The notes under the pieces were generated by a model that made no database searches, was not told the origin of the DNA, and was given only the letters and a program-made list of their open reading frames with translations. Made by a program: the position numbers and the translations under genes. Shown one piece after another: positions 46,892-57,184 of a DNA stretch of 64,000 nt. Each line of letters opens with the position of its first letter. Within the stretch, counting starts at the first letter, position 1. Source of the stretch: an uncultured virus (IMG/VR IMGVR_UViG_3300000868_000017) (taxonomy: Duplodnaviria > Heunggongvirae > Uroviricota > Caudoviricetes > Thumleimavirales > Hafunaviridae); the IMG/VR virus record IMGVR_UViG_3300000868_000017; one strand, 5' to 3'.

Positions 46892-47559
46892 TGACGTGGG
46901 ACGATTACCCCGAGGACTGGATGGGGAACCCGGACGGTCGGGACTACCACTACCGATTCCACGCCAACGACGAAGAAGCGTGGCGGAAACTTCGGAAGGC
47001 CCGCTGGATGGGGCGCTGGTTCGAGCTGTACCCGAGGGATATGAAGCACCTTCGGGTGAAGTTGCCCCACGTCACCCTGAAGACCTACGATCATAAGGGC
47101 CACATCGAGGGGATGGCGACGTATTCCTGCTCCCCTGATTGGCAGGTCGTTCCCTACTCCCGAGGGAAGTGGGAGATGAAGCACGGCTCCCGTGGCGGCT
47201 CGAAGCTCCGATGTGAGGAATACACCGGAGATACGTGGGGAACGGTGACTGTCGAGTTCACCGTCGAGGCAACGCCGGGAGAGATTAAGGACGCTTACGA
47301 GAACGGCGTCAACGAGGCCGAGATCGAGACTTCCATCCGAAATGGGATTCGTTGGGCCGTCGACGAGCGTATCGACGAACTCCGCGAGGAGGAATGGCAC
47401 TACCAGAACGAGGTCTGTGACCACGACCACGTAGTGAAGGTCAAAGGTCGGAGCCACCCGTTCGCTTACTGCGAGGACTGTCAGAAGGATTGGGAGGACG
47501 AGATGGACTTCCAAGAGGATTACCTGAGCGACGAGCTGACTCTGGTTGGTTCGGTATAA
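46891..47559 (+). CDS. Hypothetical protein with C-terminal C-x-H...CxxC
   Basis: 222-aa coupled ORF. Confidence 0.7.
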   Translation: MTWDDYPEDWMGNPDGRDYHYRFHANDEEAWRKLRKARWMGRWFELYPRDMKHLRVKLPHVTLKTYDHKGHIEGMATYSCSPDWQVVPYSRGKWEMKHGSRGGSKLRCEEYTGDTWGTVTVEFTVEATPGEIKDAYENGVNEAEIETSIRNGIRWAVDERIDELREEEWHYQNEVCDHDHVVKVKGRSHPFAYCEDCQKDWEDEMDFQEDYLSDELTLVGSV

Positions 47560-47577
47560 AGACTTAGAGACATAATA

Positions 47578-47946
47578 ATGAGTGTTAGACCCACCGACGA
47601 CAACGGAGAGGAGTTAATCGGAATCGAACGACGGGAAGCCCTCGTGGAAATGTGGGGAGTGGATACCGAGGTGTTCGAGCCACCCCACGCTTCGGACGAA
47701 AACCCCTTCCGGTCGATGCCTTCGGGGATTCACTTCGAGGGATACCACCACGACGACTACTGCCCGGAGTGTGGTCGGGGAGGGCGGGAGAAGGGCGTCC
47801 TGAGCGACTACACCGGAGGTATCAACGGCGGCTATATGACGGTCTTCCTCTGCGAAGGCTGTCTCTCGGTGTGGCTCAAGTCCTTCGGCTGGTCGGCTCA
47901 GCGAGAGTACCCCGAGAACCACATCTTCCACCCAAAGAACCGATGA
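47578..47946 (+). CDS. Zn-finger protein
   Basis: CPECG...CEGC. Confidence 0.65.
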   Translation: MSVRPTDDNGEELIGIERREALVEMWGVDTEVFEPPHASDENPFRSMPSGIHFEGYHHDDYCPECGRGGREKGVLSDYTGGINGGYMTVFLCEGCLSVWLKSFGWSAQREYPENHIFHPKNR

Positions 47947-48212
47947 GTGTCACCCATACCAAGACCCACGACGTGATAGCCCGACCGAAGAACGACTCCC
48001 GTGGTGGACATATGTTCCACCTCAAGCCGAACAAGCTCCCTCTCGAAACGCGGCGGGAAGTCGCATCGAGGCTCGAAGAAGCCGGAGTGTTCGCTAAGGA
48101 CTATCCTCACGAGAAGGTCGCGGAGGTCGTTATCGATTCCACGGTTCAAGGACAAGATCGGAGCAAGCCGTTCCGAACGAGCGAGATACAGGAGTTGACT
48201 CTGGATGTGTGA
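47943..48212 (+). CDS. Hypothetical protein
   Basis: ATGA coupling with the upstream gene. Confidence 0.6.
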   Translation: MSVTHTKTHDVIARPKNDSRGGHMFHLKPNKLPLETRREVASRLEEAGVFAKDYPHEKVAEVVIDSTVQGQDRSKPFRTSEIQELTLDV

Positions 48213-48669
48213 CCACGAGAACCGAACGTGGCTCTCCGGTCGGGGTTATCAGGCGAATTGGCGGTGTAAGGACTGCGGCGAGAGGGTTCGGGGCGGCTAC
48301 GATCACGACGAAGGCCGGTTCATCGAGTTCCGAGGTGGAACGTGGCCTTAGAGTGTGAGAGATGTGGCGGCCCTCGGTTGAACGGAACGCCGGTCACTCG
48401 GGATAAGCAGAATGGCGGTTGGCGAATCGCCTTCCCGAGTGACAGCGACAAGCGGTACTACTGCCGGAGCTGTGCGAAGAAGGTCACTCAGTAATGGAAC
48501 CACACGACGACTACCCCGAGAACTGTCCTGCGTGTGACGCGGATGTTGAGGAACGCTCCTACGGAGTGCGTTGCTCGAACTTCCGGTGTCTCTGGAAACG
48601 GTGGTGGCAGGACAAGCTCCCGATGTTCAGCGCAAAGACTCACGAACAGCACTACGCGGAGACTCACTA

Positions 48670-48858
48670 ATGGTTGACTTTGAACACTACCACGGCGGCG
48701 AGATGTGTCACCACGGACGAACAGTTGCGACCGACGACGACCCCTGCCCCTACGAAGGGAGCAAGATCGCGGAGGACGACACCGGACGATTCATCCTCTG
48801 TGGACAGCACCATCAGCGGCTCGTCGGTGGAATGGCGGCGCGGCAAATGACCCGGTAA
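48670..48858 (+). CDS. Small Cys/His protein
   Basis: C...C...C-x-x-H pattern. Confidence 0.5.
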   Translation: MVDFEHYHGGEMCHHGRTVATDDDPCPYEGSKIAEDDTGRFILCGQHHQRLVGGMAARQMTR

Positions 48859-48860
48859 CG

Positions 48861-49715
48861 ATGCTTCCTACTACAATAGAGACAAAGGCCGGAGAGTCGC
48901 TGGTAAACACCCTCGAAGCGAACAGCATCAGCCCGCCCCGGCTTGAACCGAATGACCCGGTTGACCCGGTGTGGAAGGCCCGGAAGCTCACCGACGCCGA
49001 CGACCCCCTTCCGCTCTACGACGAGTTCTGGATTCGGGAGTGGTTCAACGGTAAGAGTAAGACCCTCTACCGGGAGAAGCCCGACGCCGAGTTCAGCAAC
49101 GAAGACGACCCTACGGTGTACGAGACAGAGTTCGGACGCATCGAGCAGTTCTACACTACCTCGTTCAACAAGGTCGATGCCTACTACCGGCGGTTCGTCC
49201 TGAACCCGGCGACCATCAAGCAAACAATCGAGGACGGGTGGAAGTCGGACACTCCCTACGGAGTGATGGCAGAGCTGAACGAGAACGTGGCGAAGATTCT
49301 CACGGTCGGTGACTTGGAGGCCCACCTCAACGAGATCGACAGCCTCGATGCGTTGATGGAACCGGAGAACCGCGAAGTCCTCCACCTCCACGAGAAGCGT
49401 CGGAGCCTCTTGAACAAGATGTGGGTGTCCCACCACGGCGGCGACCCGGAGAAGACCCACCTATGGGGTTCCCTCACGAAAGAGACGCCGACGACCTTCC
49501 AGATAGAACAGTTCCCTCAGGGGTTCTTCGTGATTCCCCGGCTCTGGAACGAACACGTCTGCCGAGTCGTGGACGACGCCCTTCAGGAGCAAGACCTCGG
49601 GAAGTTCAGTCTCGCTTGGCGGGGCTTCATCGTGAAGCCGGAGAACTTCAGCGAAGTGGCCGAGCTGATCGGGCCGCTCTACGTGGACACTCCGGGGGTT
49701 GAAGTGTGGAACTGA
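48861..49715 (+). CDS. Hypothetical protein
   Basis: 284-aa ORF with viral codon usage. Confidence 0.75.
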   Translation: MLPTTIETKAGESLVNTLEANSISPPRLEPNDPVDPVWKARKLTDADDPLPLYDEFWIREWFNGKSKTLYREKPDAEFSNEDDPTVYETEFGRIEQFYTTSFNKVDAYYRRFVLNPATIKQTIEDGWKSDTPYGVMAELNENVAKILTVGDLEAHLNEIDSLDALMEPENREVLHLHEKRRSLLNKMWVSHHGGDPEKTHLWGSLTKETPTTFQIEQFPQGFFVIPRLWNEHVCRVVDDALQEQDLGKFSLAWRGFIVKPENFSEVAELIGPLYVDTPGVEVWN

Positions 49716-49782
49716 GGGCGATTCTGCGAGACTTCTTCAAGCGACGAGGAGGGAGCGGTGGAGCAGTAATTCTGGTGTGATA

Positions 49783-50709
49783 ATGAGCAACAAATACGAT
49801 TCCTTCGAGGCATACATCCGAGAGGTACAGGCTACCGCAAAGCGATACTACGACTACTCCCGAGAGGGAGGAGACGAGATACGAACCTCGGCGTATAACC
49901 CCGACGAGATTCCCGAGGACGTTCCCTTGTGGGCTATCGCTGAGGCCGCTGTGGAGAACCACGACCTGATTCAGTATTACCAGCGATGCGTGATCTACCA
50001 CGCCGAGGAAGGGTTCTACAACGAAGGCGGGGAACGGTACTACAACGACCCGGACGACCAGCAGGAGGCTGTTCAACAGCTTGCCCTCGCCGGGTTCTAC
50101 AACGACGTAATCACGAAGCTCCGCTTCATCGAGGAAACTCGTGATGATTTGGGTGAAGCGATAAACCTGCTCGAAGGGCCGATCTACGGTAAGGGAGTTC
50201 GCTTCGAGTACGACTACTACATCCACCTTTCCTCGAAGGAGCCGGTGACGTACACTCTCGAATGTCTCCGTGGAGATGAGTGGCGAGTGTACGACCCGGA
50301 CGGTGAGCCGTTCGAGGTAATCAGTCCACGAGTCGCGGTGCGGAACGCCGACCGGGAGATTCCCGAGTATTCTCTCAAGCTGTTCCTCGATAACGTCTGC
50401 GCTCGCCGGGAACGAGATCGTGAGATAACGACATTCAACAACGCAACAGAGGAGGAGAAGCTGGAGGAGATAGCCCGACAGGGCGACCGAGCGCACGTCC
50501 TGTGGGAATTGGCGAGTGATGGACGAGACTTCTGTGGAATCGACTTCGTAGCACGGGAGTTGGATATGGAAGACGAATCCCTCGAAGCGGTCGCTAAGCG
50601 ATTCGTGGAAGATGTGAACTGCTCTCTCGAAGAAAACCCCGACCCTCCGAGCTGGCAACACTTGGAAGCGGTGTACGGAGATCGAGCGGACGAAATTCTC
50701 AGCGAGTAA
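49783..50709 (+). CDS. Hypothetical protein
   Basis: 308-aa acidic ORF. Confidence 0.75.
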   Translation: MSNKYDSFEAYIREVQATAKRYYDYSREGGDEIRTSAYNPDEIPEDVPLWAIAEAAVENHDLIQYYQRCVIYHAEEGFYNEGGERYYNDPDDQQEAVQQLALAGFYNDVITKLRFIEETRDDLGEAINLLEGPIYGKGVRFEYDYYIHLSSKEPVTYTLECLRGDEWRVYDPDGEPFEVISPRVAVRNADREIPEYSLKLFLDNVCARRERDREITTFNNATEEEKLEEIARQGDRAHVLWELASDGRDFCGIDFVARELDMEDESLEAVAKRFVEDVNCSLEENPDPPSWQHLEAVYGDRADEILSE

Positions 50710-50715
50710 CCCCTA

Positions 50716-51048
50716 ATGAGTACCAAAGCACTCCCGGCAGGTAGCGACAGCACCGAAGAACCGAGCGTCGACGAGGTTGACTACGACGATCTCGAAGAAC
50801 AAATCCTCGACGAGCTTCCCGAGCGGTTCCGTGAGCTGAGCCACATCCGGGAGGGGAAGATGGGAGACGTTCAGATGCTCCTGATTCCGTTCCATCCCTA
50901 CGTGGACAGTAGCGGCGACCCGTGTTCCCACCTCGTGATGAACAGCGAGCGGAAAACGATGGAGGAACACGGGTTCTCGTTCTCGTTCGCTACTCTCACC
51001 GGGAAGGGAGCGGGAGTGAAGTTCTGGTTCGAGTACGACAGCGAATAG
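50716..51048 (+). CDS. Hypothetical protein
   Basis: Acidic ORF. Confidence 0.65.
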   Translation: MSTKALPAGSDSTEEPSVDEVDYDDLEEQILDELPERFRELSHIREGKMGDVQMLLIPFHPYVDSSGDPCSHLVMNSERKTMEEHGFSFSFATLTGKGAGVKFWFEYDSE

Positions 51049-51349
51049 ACCGACGAACATCCTGCGGTGTCCCCCGGTAGTATGGAAGAAAATATTGAGA
51101 AGATCGAGCAAGCCGACTACGATTACTTCTACTCCATTCGGAGGAAGGCGTGTTGGCGACGGCGTGGAAAGTCGAAACCTCGCCGCGATGTATCAGAGAT
51201 AATCAACATCGAGCGGCGGTACTGGCAAGAGTAATGGCGAAACGGGGAGCGCCCCCGTCGTCGGGAACTGGTCGTCCCGGCCTATGATGAGCTGACCAAA
51301 AGCGGTAAAGACTTATAGATACTATTCCGAGTCTTAGAGGTTACAGAAA

Positions 51350-51754
51350 ATGGAAGCCAACGACGACCGATTCGAGCCGAATCTGACCGACCACGAACGA
51401 CGCCTACTCCGGTGGGCCGGAGCTGACGAGCGACTCATCGAGGTGTGTGAGTTCGACATTTCCTCGATGGAGCAAGAGCGCGACGACGGCAAAGACGTCT
51501 ACCGTAACTCCGTGCTGGAAGAAGTGAAAAAGTACGTCCGGGGAACCGACCACGTTCCCCCGTCGCTGACCGAGGAGAAGGCCGAGGACTTCCGGCCATA
51601 CGGCGGACACTTCTTCACGGCACTTTGGGAGGGCGACCTCTACCGAGCTTACGCCCGAGCTGACTACAACAATCAGGCGATTATGCGGGAGGTCTTCGGC
51701 CTCTACCGCATCAACGCGACCCGACCAGAACACGCCCCGAAGGTGACTGCGTAA
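51350..51754 (+). CDS. Hypothetical protein
   Basis: Preceded by AAAGACTTATA; GGHF-x-x-ALW-x-GDL-x-x-A-x-x-RAD-x-x-N segment. Confidence 0.7.
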   Translation: MEANDDRFEPNLTDHERRLLRWAGADERLIEVCEFDISSMEQERDDGKDVYRNSVLEEVKKYVRGTDHVPPSLTEEKAEDFRPYGGHFFTALWEGDLYRAYARADYNNQAIMREVFGLYRINATRPEHAPKVTA

Positions 51755-51755
51755 A

Positions 51756-52022
51756 ATGAACAACGGACTACGCGGACGATACCTCGAACAGCTCGAAGCG
51801 TGGAACCTCGCCCGGCAGTTCTCGGCTGAACTAATGGTGGCGTTCTACGACAAGTCCCGCTCTCTCCGGGGAGTGGTGAAAGAGTGGATGGACGTTCGGG
51901 ACGCGACGTTCCCCCGACTCGATGCGATCAAGCAGATGGTGTCGAACGTCCTGTTCCTGAACGGTCGGGATTCCATCGACCAGCTCGCCCGTCAAGTGAT
52001 GGGATTCGAGGGGTGGTGGTAG
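51756..52022 (+). CDS. Hypothetical protein
   Basis: Coupled ORF. Confidence 0.6.
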   Translation: MNNGLRGRYLEQLEAWNLARQFSAELMVAFYDKSRSLRGVVKEWMDVRDATFPRLDAIKQMVSNVLFLNGRDSIDQLARQVMGFEGWW

Positions 52023-52168
52023 GTGTCGCGCTCTGAAAGAACCGGGTGTCAACCTCGTGCGGTTAGTATCGGTATGTCCGCCCGAATTGTTACTCCCGAC
52101 TCACCCCTTCCCGACCTACTGGATGGAGGAGAGCGAGATGATGAACCCGATGGAAACGGCGTCATAGA

Positions 52169-52594
52169 ATGAGTACGCTCGCAGACTTCGGGGCAGAAAC
52201 CCCCGAAGAAGAACCGTGGAAGGACGCAGAAACGCTCCACGAACTGTATCACGACAAGGGGCTTGACCAGTCCGAGATGGGAGACGAACTCGGCTGTTCC
52301 GCCGGGACGATCTCCTACTGGATGAACAAGCTCGGTGTCGATACGACCCACACCTCTCACAACACTCAGTCGGAACCCCGACCTGAGGATTGGGAGTGTG
52401 AATACTTCGAGGTCTGTGGCAACGAGACGCCCGGCCCTCGAAACGGTCTGTGCGACGACTGCCTCGATATGGTTCGAGACAACCAATCGTCGTACTACGA
52501 CGGCGAGACGGTCGAGCGGAGTAGCTTCGACGATATGACGGAGTTCGTGAAGGCTCTGTACGAACTTCGCGGCAAAGACTCAGAGAATCAATGA
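52169..52594 (+). CDS. HTH plus Zn-finger protein
   Basis: W-x-D-x-x-x-L-x-ELY...LGCS-x-x-TI-x-x-W-x-x-K-x-G HTH; C-x4-C...CxxC. Confidence 0.75.
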   Translation: MSTLADFGAETPEEEPWKDAETLHELYHDKGLDQSEMGDELGCSAGTISYWMNKLGVDTTHTSHNTQSEPRPEDWECEYFEVCGNETPGPRNGLCDDCLDMVRDNQSSYYDGETVERSSFDDMTEFVKALYELRGKDSENQ

Positions 52595-53031
52595 TGAGTG
52601 TTACAATCCAAACTGATGAGGAGAAGTTCGAGGAACTGTTCGGAAGCGCGAATACCGAAACGCTCGAAGGAGCGATAGAGAACGACGAGAACACGGTCTG
52701 CCTCGGAACCTACGGCGAAGACTTGAGGGAGAAGAACAAGCGGATAACGTGGGACTACACTCTCGCGTCGGAACACCCTGAGGTCATTCAGGACATTATC
52801 GCCGGGGAGACTGAGGTAGTTGATCTGTGGCCGGAGGAGGCCGAGGACGCCACGGTGAAGACACGGATTCAGAAGGACTACTTCGAGAAGGCAGAGGAGT
52901 TCTTCGACATCGACCTTCGGGAGAACAAGGACGCGATCTACGTCCACCCCGAGTGGAACTTCATCGCGGTAATTCACCCCGAGGACTCGGAGAAGTACCT
53001 CGCAATCGCTCCGGTGGTGTACGGTGAGTAA
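52591..53031 (+). CDS. Hypothetical protein
   Basis: Coupled acidic ORF. Confidence 0.65.
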   Translation: MMSVTIQTDEEKFEELFGSANTETLEGAIENDENTVCLGTYGEDLREKNKRITWDYTLASEHPEVIQDIIAGETEVVDLWPEEAEDATVKTRIQKDYFEKAEEFFDIDLRENKDAIYVHPEWNFIAVIHPEDSEKYLAIAPVVYGE

Positions 53032-53479
53032 TTACCCACCGGGAACGTCGGCTGGCGACCCACGAGCGCCGTGGAACGCTCCCGACCATTCTCACGACCA
53101 CGAGTGGATACCGTGTGACCCGGACTACCCTATCTTCGAGGACGGTGCGGCTATCTTCAACGAGTCGTGCCACTACGCCGAGGGTCGATGGGGAGAAGGA
53201 TGGGAGTGTGAGGAAATGCGTTCGTTCCGGTGTGACGTGGAGCGGGTGGTTCTGCTCCGCGACGACGAACCGGACGTTGCCTACCTCGCCTCGGAGGAGG
53301 ACTTCAACAACGAGTGGCGCTTCATCGAGCGATTGTACGAGGAGGCGCTGATTGCGGCGGAGAAAGCAGACCGCGACGGCGACCTCGAACTTCTGGATTG
53401 TGACCCGCCGAACGAGTACGGCGACGGCTACGTTCGGGTTCGAGTGAACGACTACGAAGTAATCTACACCCAAGAATGA
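53024..53479 (+). CDS. Hypothetical protein
   Basis: NYPPG...DP-x-APWN N-terminus. Confidence 0.65.
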   Translation: MSNYPPGTSAGDPRAPWNAPDHSHDHEWIPCDPDYPIFEDGAAIFNESCHYAEGRWGEGWECEEMRSFRCDVERVVLLRDDEPDVAYLASEEDFNNEWRFIERLYEEALIAAEKADRDGDLELLDCDPPNEYGDGYVRVRVNDYEVIYTQE

Positions 53480-53772
53480 GTACGCAAAACCGAAACTTCG
53501 CTTACGGAAAGGACACGGTTGGTGGATGCTGTTGCCCGGCTGTCGCGGCAGGTTACGCTCCGAACACGGGTGACGAATCCACCGAAATCGCAGAAACTTA
53601 TGACTACTACGTTCGTGAGCTTGACCTCGATAACGCCGACTCAATCATCACGGAGAAAGAAGCCCGCCAAGCATGGCTCGCGGCGGTCGAAAGCATCGAG
53701 CAGGATGAGTACGCCGCTGATCGAAAGGCGAGGCTCGGGGAGGACATTGCGGAAGACCTCGGGTGGTTGTAG
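53476..53772 (+). CDS. Hypothetical protein
   Basis: ATGA coupling. Confidence 0.6.
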   Translation: MSTQNRNFAYGKDTVGGCCCPAVAAGYAPNTGDESTEIAETYDYYVRELDLDNADSIITEKEARQAWLAAVESIEQDEYAADRKARLGEDIAEDLGWL

Positions 53773-54104
53773 TGGCGGTCAAGACCGACACGACCGGCAA
53801 CCACGTCGGCCCTGATCTCACCAAGTACGATTGGGAATACTGCCCAATCGGAGGCAAAGGGTACGACTTCCGGCTCATCAGCTACGAAAAGTGCGTTGAG
53901 GTGGAGGTCTACCCGGAGAACGACGACCCCGAGCAGGGATACAATATCGTCGTTCGAGACTTCGAGATTGTGAATGAGGGGACGCCCGACGAGTATATCG
54001 AGGACGGATACCCGGTCTACTCGACCCAAGCCGGGCCGTGGTTTATGGAAATGATGTGCGCCCTTGCTACGGCAATCTCGTGGGTAGAGGAGAGTCGTGA
54101 GTGA
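53763..54104 (+). CDS. Hypothetical protein
   Basis: Coupled acidic ORF. Confidence 0.6.
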   Translation: MVVVAVKTDTTGNHVGPDLTKYDWEYCPIGGKGYDFRLISYEKCVEVEVYPENDDPEQGYNIVVRDFEIVNEGTPDEYIEDGYPVYSTQAGPWFMEMMCALATAISWVEESRE

Positions 54105-54677
54105 GCTGGTGAGCGGCCTCGCTGTGTTCGGGCTATGTTCATCGGAGTGGTCATACTGCTTCCCGTGTTCCTTCTCCAGAAGGCAATCGCGGAGAATCGC
54201 AACGAAGACCGACGTGCGGAAATCGAGAAGCAACTTGAAAATGAGAAGCTTCTCTGACTTTCTAACCGTTCTTTCCCTCGTGAGAGGACACGTCGACGTA
54301 GCCAATTACGCCGACAAAGATTATCTCGATGAGGCCGCCTCTGCGCTTGAAGCCGCGCAGTCCGTCGTTCTTCGAGTGTAGGGTAACGCCTTCCGAAAGT
54401 ATAGTTAGCGAAATAGCAAATGTCGCAATTCGTCGATCAGCAGTTGAACAGCCATAGAAAGAATATCTACGAAGCTCTGCGTCCAGCTCTTGTTTTCTAC
54501 GAGAAATTGAGTTCGACCGACCGAGTGATTTTGACTCTCGGGAAAGTCGTGGAGTTATCCACGTATGATAAACAACCAGAAGACGAATATCAGTAGTATA
54601 GAGTGTGAAACGCGCCTTTTACAGCATCGTAATTCGATCACGCTTGAGCAGAAGCTCGTCGGCAGAGGTGTGAACGT

Positions 54678-55142
54678 TCACCCTCGGTTGTGCCACCACT
54701 TGAGAAAATCGTAGGTGAACTGCTCTGCGTCTGAGTCTGTCGGCTTGAAGAAGAAGTCCACGTTGTAGTAGCCCGGCCACTTTTCGACCGTCCCAATGAT
54801 GGAGTTGGGATTGATGTTCCGCCAGTAGTTGCCCTGCGTGAAGTCAAGCCACGGGGCTTCGATCACGACCGGCATCGGGGCTTCCCAATCGTCGGCTCGC
54901 TTCAGCTCCCGCTCGAAGCGGTCGCGTTCGTGAGTGATGGAGTTAAGGAAGTCACCCTTCGCCTTCCGTTCAACGGCGAACGGCGGGACGTAGGTTCCGT
55001 GCTTGCCGTAGTAACCCGGTTCCTCTACGGCGTAGTCTCCGGTGCGGAGCTTCTTCTCCTTCACCCTCACGGGGTAATCCTCGAACCAATACCCGTGGCC
55101 TTCGTGTTCTCGGGTATCTCGGAGGATGGTGAACTCGCTCAT
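54678..55142 (-). CDS. ERCC4/XPF-family nuclease
   Basis: DTRE...L-x-x-GDY...VERK-x-x-x-D...RF-x-x-E. Confidence 0.9.
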   Translation of the reverse strand: MSEFTILRDTREHEGHGYWFEDYPVRVKEKKLRTGDYAVEEPGYYGKHGTYVPPFAVERKAKGDFLNSITHERDRFERELKRADDWEAPMPVVIEAPWLDFTQGNYWRNINPNSIIGTVEKWPGYYNVDFFFKPTDSDAEQFTYDFLKWWHNRG

Positions 55143-55618
55143 TCGACCCTCCGGTGGTCGATGGTGAGAATAATGCTGAGTTGCTGGTTCTCGGTGAAGC
55201 CGAGGTCGTCAGCAATCGACTCGAACAACGAGCAGGTGTCGTTGGATGTGGGCCAATAGCGGGTTCCGTTGGGAACGTCGTCGTTGGCAACCAGCGTACA
55301 AACGCCGAAAGCGACGAGCGATACAGACTTGCCGAGCTTACCCAATTCCAGATCATCGAAGACTCGACGAGCCTTCTCCTTCTGGAAGCGAGTAAGATCG
55401 AGCTGACCAGCAAGAGAGTCCAGAATTGCGAGATTGTCCTGTCGATGAGTGACCCTCTTGTTTTCTTCTCGGCGGTCTTTCCACGTTCCACGGTTGTAGA
55501 GCATTAGCCGCCGGAATTTGCTCGGATTGCTGTTCCGTTCGTTCGGGTCGAAGTACGTTGCGTTCTCTGTGTCGGGAGTGATTGTTTCAGGTGGGTGCTT
55601 CTCTTTGGGAGATTCCAT
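55139..55618 (-). CDS. Truncated TFB-like protein (B-linker plus one cyclin repeat)
   Basis: RRL-x-x-x-N...NL-x-x-L-x-x-LA-x-x-L-x-L...EKA-x-x-VF...GKSV-x-x-VA resembles the TFB linker and first cyclin fold. Confidence 0.55.
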   Translation of the reverse strand: MESPKEKHPPETITPDTENATYFDPNERNSNPSKFRRLMLYNRGTWKDRREENKRVTHRQDNLAILDSLAGQLDLTRFQKEKARRVFDDLELGKLGKSVSLVAFGVCTLVANDDVPNGTRYWPTSNDTCSLFESIADDLGFTENQQLSIILTIDHRRVE

Positions 55619-55801
55619 AGAATATCATCTTAGGTAGAGTTCTCCCCCGTAGCTGACCTAACAGTATAACTAAGTGTATAACTACTAAGTGTATTACTAA
55701 GAGTAGTTCACTACATCGAGTCTCTTTATCTAACTGAGTTTTATCAGAGTAGTTAGAATAGAGTAGGTACTATACTGTGTAGTAGAACCGCTCGGAAGAA
55801 C

Positions 55802-55840
55802 TCCTCACTCTAATAGACGGGAACTAAGGACTTAAAGATG
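55802..55840 (-). promoter_or_regulatory. Repeated viral promoter (class A)
   Basis: Near-identical to 13795-13833, including flanking CCGCTCG. Confidence 0.75.
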
Positions 55841-55906
55841 TCGTTTCTAAGTCTTTAGATTGATGAACAATGAATGACTTAACACGCCACCCCGAAACTG
55901 GGTGGT

Positions 55907-56392
55907 ATGAAAGAGGACGACGTAGCGTATCTCTCGGGAGTGGTCGATTCGATTGGCCGCTTCCGGGTTGAGATAGAGGAAGACGACGAATACAAGACCG
56001 GCTACACGATGAAGCCGGTGTTCAAGATGAACCGGAGCGACCCGGAGACGGTCGTGTTCGGGATGCTTGAGGAATACTGCTCGGAGCAGAGCGTCGGGTG
56101 GGAAATCAAAGACCTGCAATCCACGATGTCGTTCGTGGTGTCGGGCGCTGAAGACCTTGATAAGTTCTTCAGCCCGCTTGCCCCCTACATCATCCAGAAG
56201 AACGAGCTATTGGGAATCTTCATGGGTGAGATAGTCATGCCGGTAGCCGAAGGGAAGCACCACTCGAAGCAGGGCTTCTACGAGATCGTGAAGTCGATGA
56301 ACGAGATGTACCGCAACGACCCATCCATCAATCGGTGGAAGTACGAAACGTCGTTCTTCTCGAATAAGTGGCGGGACGAGATCGAGACTTAG
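55907..56392 (+). CDS. Free-standing single-motif LAGLIDADG homing endonuclease
   Basis: AYLSGVVDSIG-x-F; PY-x-x-x-K; G-x-H-x-x-x-x-GF. Confidence 0.8.
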   Translation: MKEDDVAYLSGVVDSIGRFRVEIEEDDEYKTGYTMKPVFKMNRSDPETVVFGMLEEYCSEQSVGWEIKDLQSTMSFVVSGAEDLDKFFSPLAPYIIQKNELLGIFMGEIVMPVAEGKHHSKQGFYEIVKSMNEMYRNDPSINRWKYETSFFSNKWRDEIET

Positions 56393-56940
56393 AGTAGCAT
56401 CTCCCGTGCCTTGTTTGCCGCCGTGAGCTGGTCGTTCGATTCAGCCCACTCGATGTAGGCAATCACGTCAGCTCTCGGTACGGAGCCGTCCCGCCGTTCT
56501 TCCGTGGACGGCATCAGGTCGGGGTCGCCCTGCTCCACGACCTCGATGACGTTCCGGTTCTCATCGACGTGAGCAACCGGACAATCATCCTTATCGACCA
56601 TATCAGCCGCGTCTTCGGGGTGATTCTCCTTGCCCTGAATCTGCCCAAGGTGAATCATTACCCCTTGATACCCGTTGAACGGGCGACGGCAGAAAGGACA
56701 GAGACGGGCTACGTCTTCTCCTTTACGCTCAGACGGGTAATCCATTTCAACTTCCTTTGTACCCACCACTTCCAAATTACTAAAATCTAAGCCGTCGGGA
56801 ACATCCCCGTTAGGGCCGTGTCCGTTGCCGCTCGATTGACGAACGTGAAGGTGCATACCTCGGGACAGGCCCTCGTGGTCGCACCCCTCCACGGGACACT
56901 TGACGACTTTTTCTTCGTTCTTGTGTTTCGTCTTAGCCAT
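56389..56940 (-). CDS. Double C2H2-like Zn-finger protein
   Basis: CPVEGC...H...H and CPFC...H...H. Confidence 0.7.
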   Translation of the reverse strand: MAKTKHKNEEKVVKCPVEGCDHEGLSRGMHLHVRQSSGNGHGPNGDVPDGLDFSNLEVVGTKEVEMDYPSERKGEDVARLCPFCRRPFNGYQGVMIHLGQIQGKENHPEDAADMVDKDDCPVAHVDENRNVIEVVEQGDPDLMPSTEERRDGSVPRADVIAYIEWAESNDQLTAANKAREMLL

Positions 56941-57010
56941 ACCTCCAAAGAAGAAGTCTGTCTATTAAGTCTTTGCCATGCCAGCGCGAGGGAATAAGAC
57001 TCAAAAAGGA

Positions 57011-57048
57011 ATCTTTAAGTCATAGAACCGCGTCTAATAGAGTGAGGA
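57011..57048 (+). promoter_or_regulatory. Repeated viral promoter (class A)
   Basis: ATCTTTAAGTCATAGAACCGCGTCTAATAGAGTGAGGA; one mismatch to the 14510 copy. Confidence 0.75.
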
Positions 57049-57137
57049 GGTCGCGGCGGCCCCCTCGACTGCTTTGCTTGGCTGAATCTGTAATGGTTTG
57101 ACTCGTTGGTATCCAGCCACCGCTACGGTGGCTTTTC

Positions 57138-57184
57138 CGAGTAGCTGGTACGCATAGAGGGATGGTTCGATTCCTCCCAACTCG
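57138..57184 (+). ncRNA. Anticodon-less tRNA-like element, copy 3
   Basis: CGAGT/ACTCG stem, AGCTGGTA linker, GGGA(T)GG-TTCGATT-CCTCCC arm. Confidence 0.55.

Noticed and set aside
52591..53031. Sliding-clamp-like fragment (ends LAIAP)
   Set aside because: Only a terminal resemblance; not supportable without a profile search.
55669..55701. Short ACTAAGTGTAT duplication in the TFB-like leader
   Set aside because: Two copies in AT-rich DNA; too weak to call separately.
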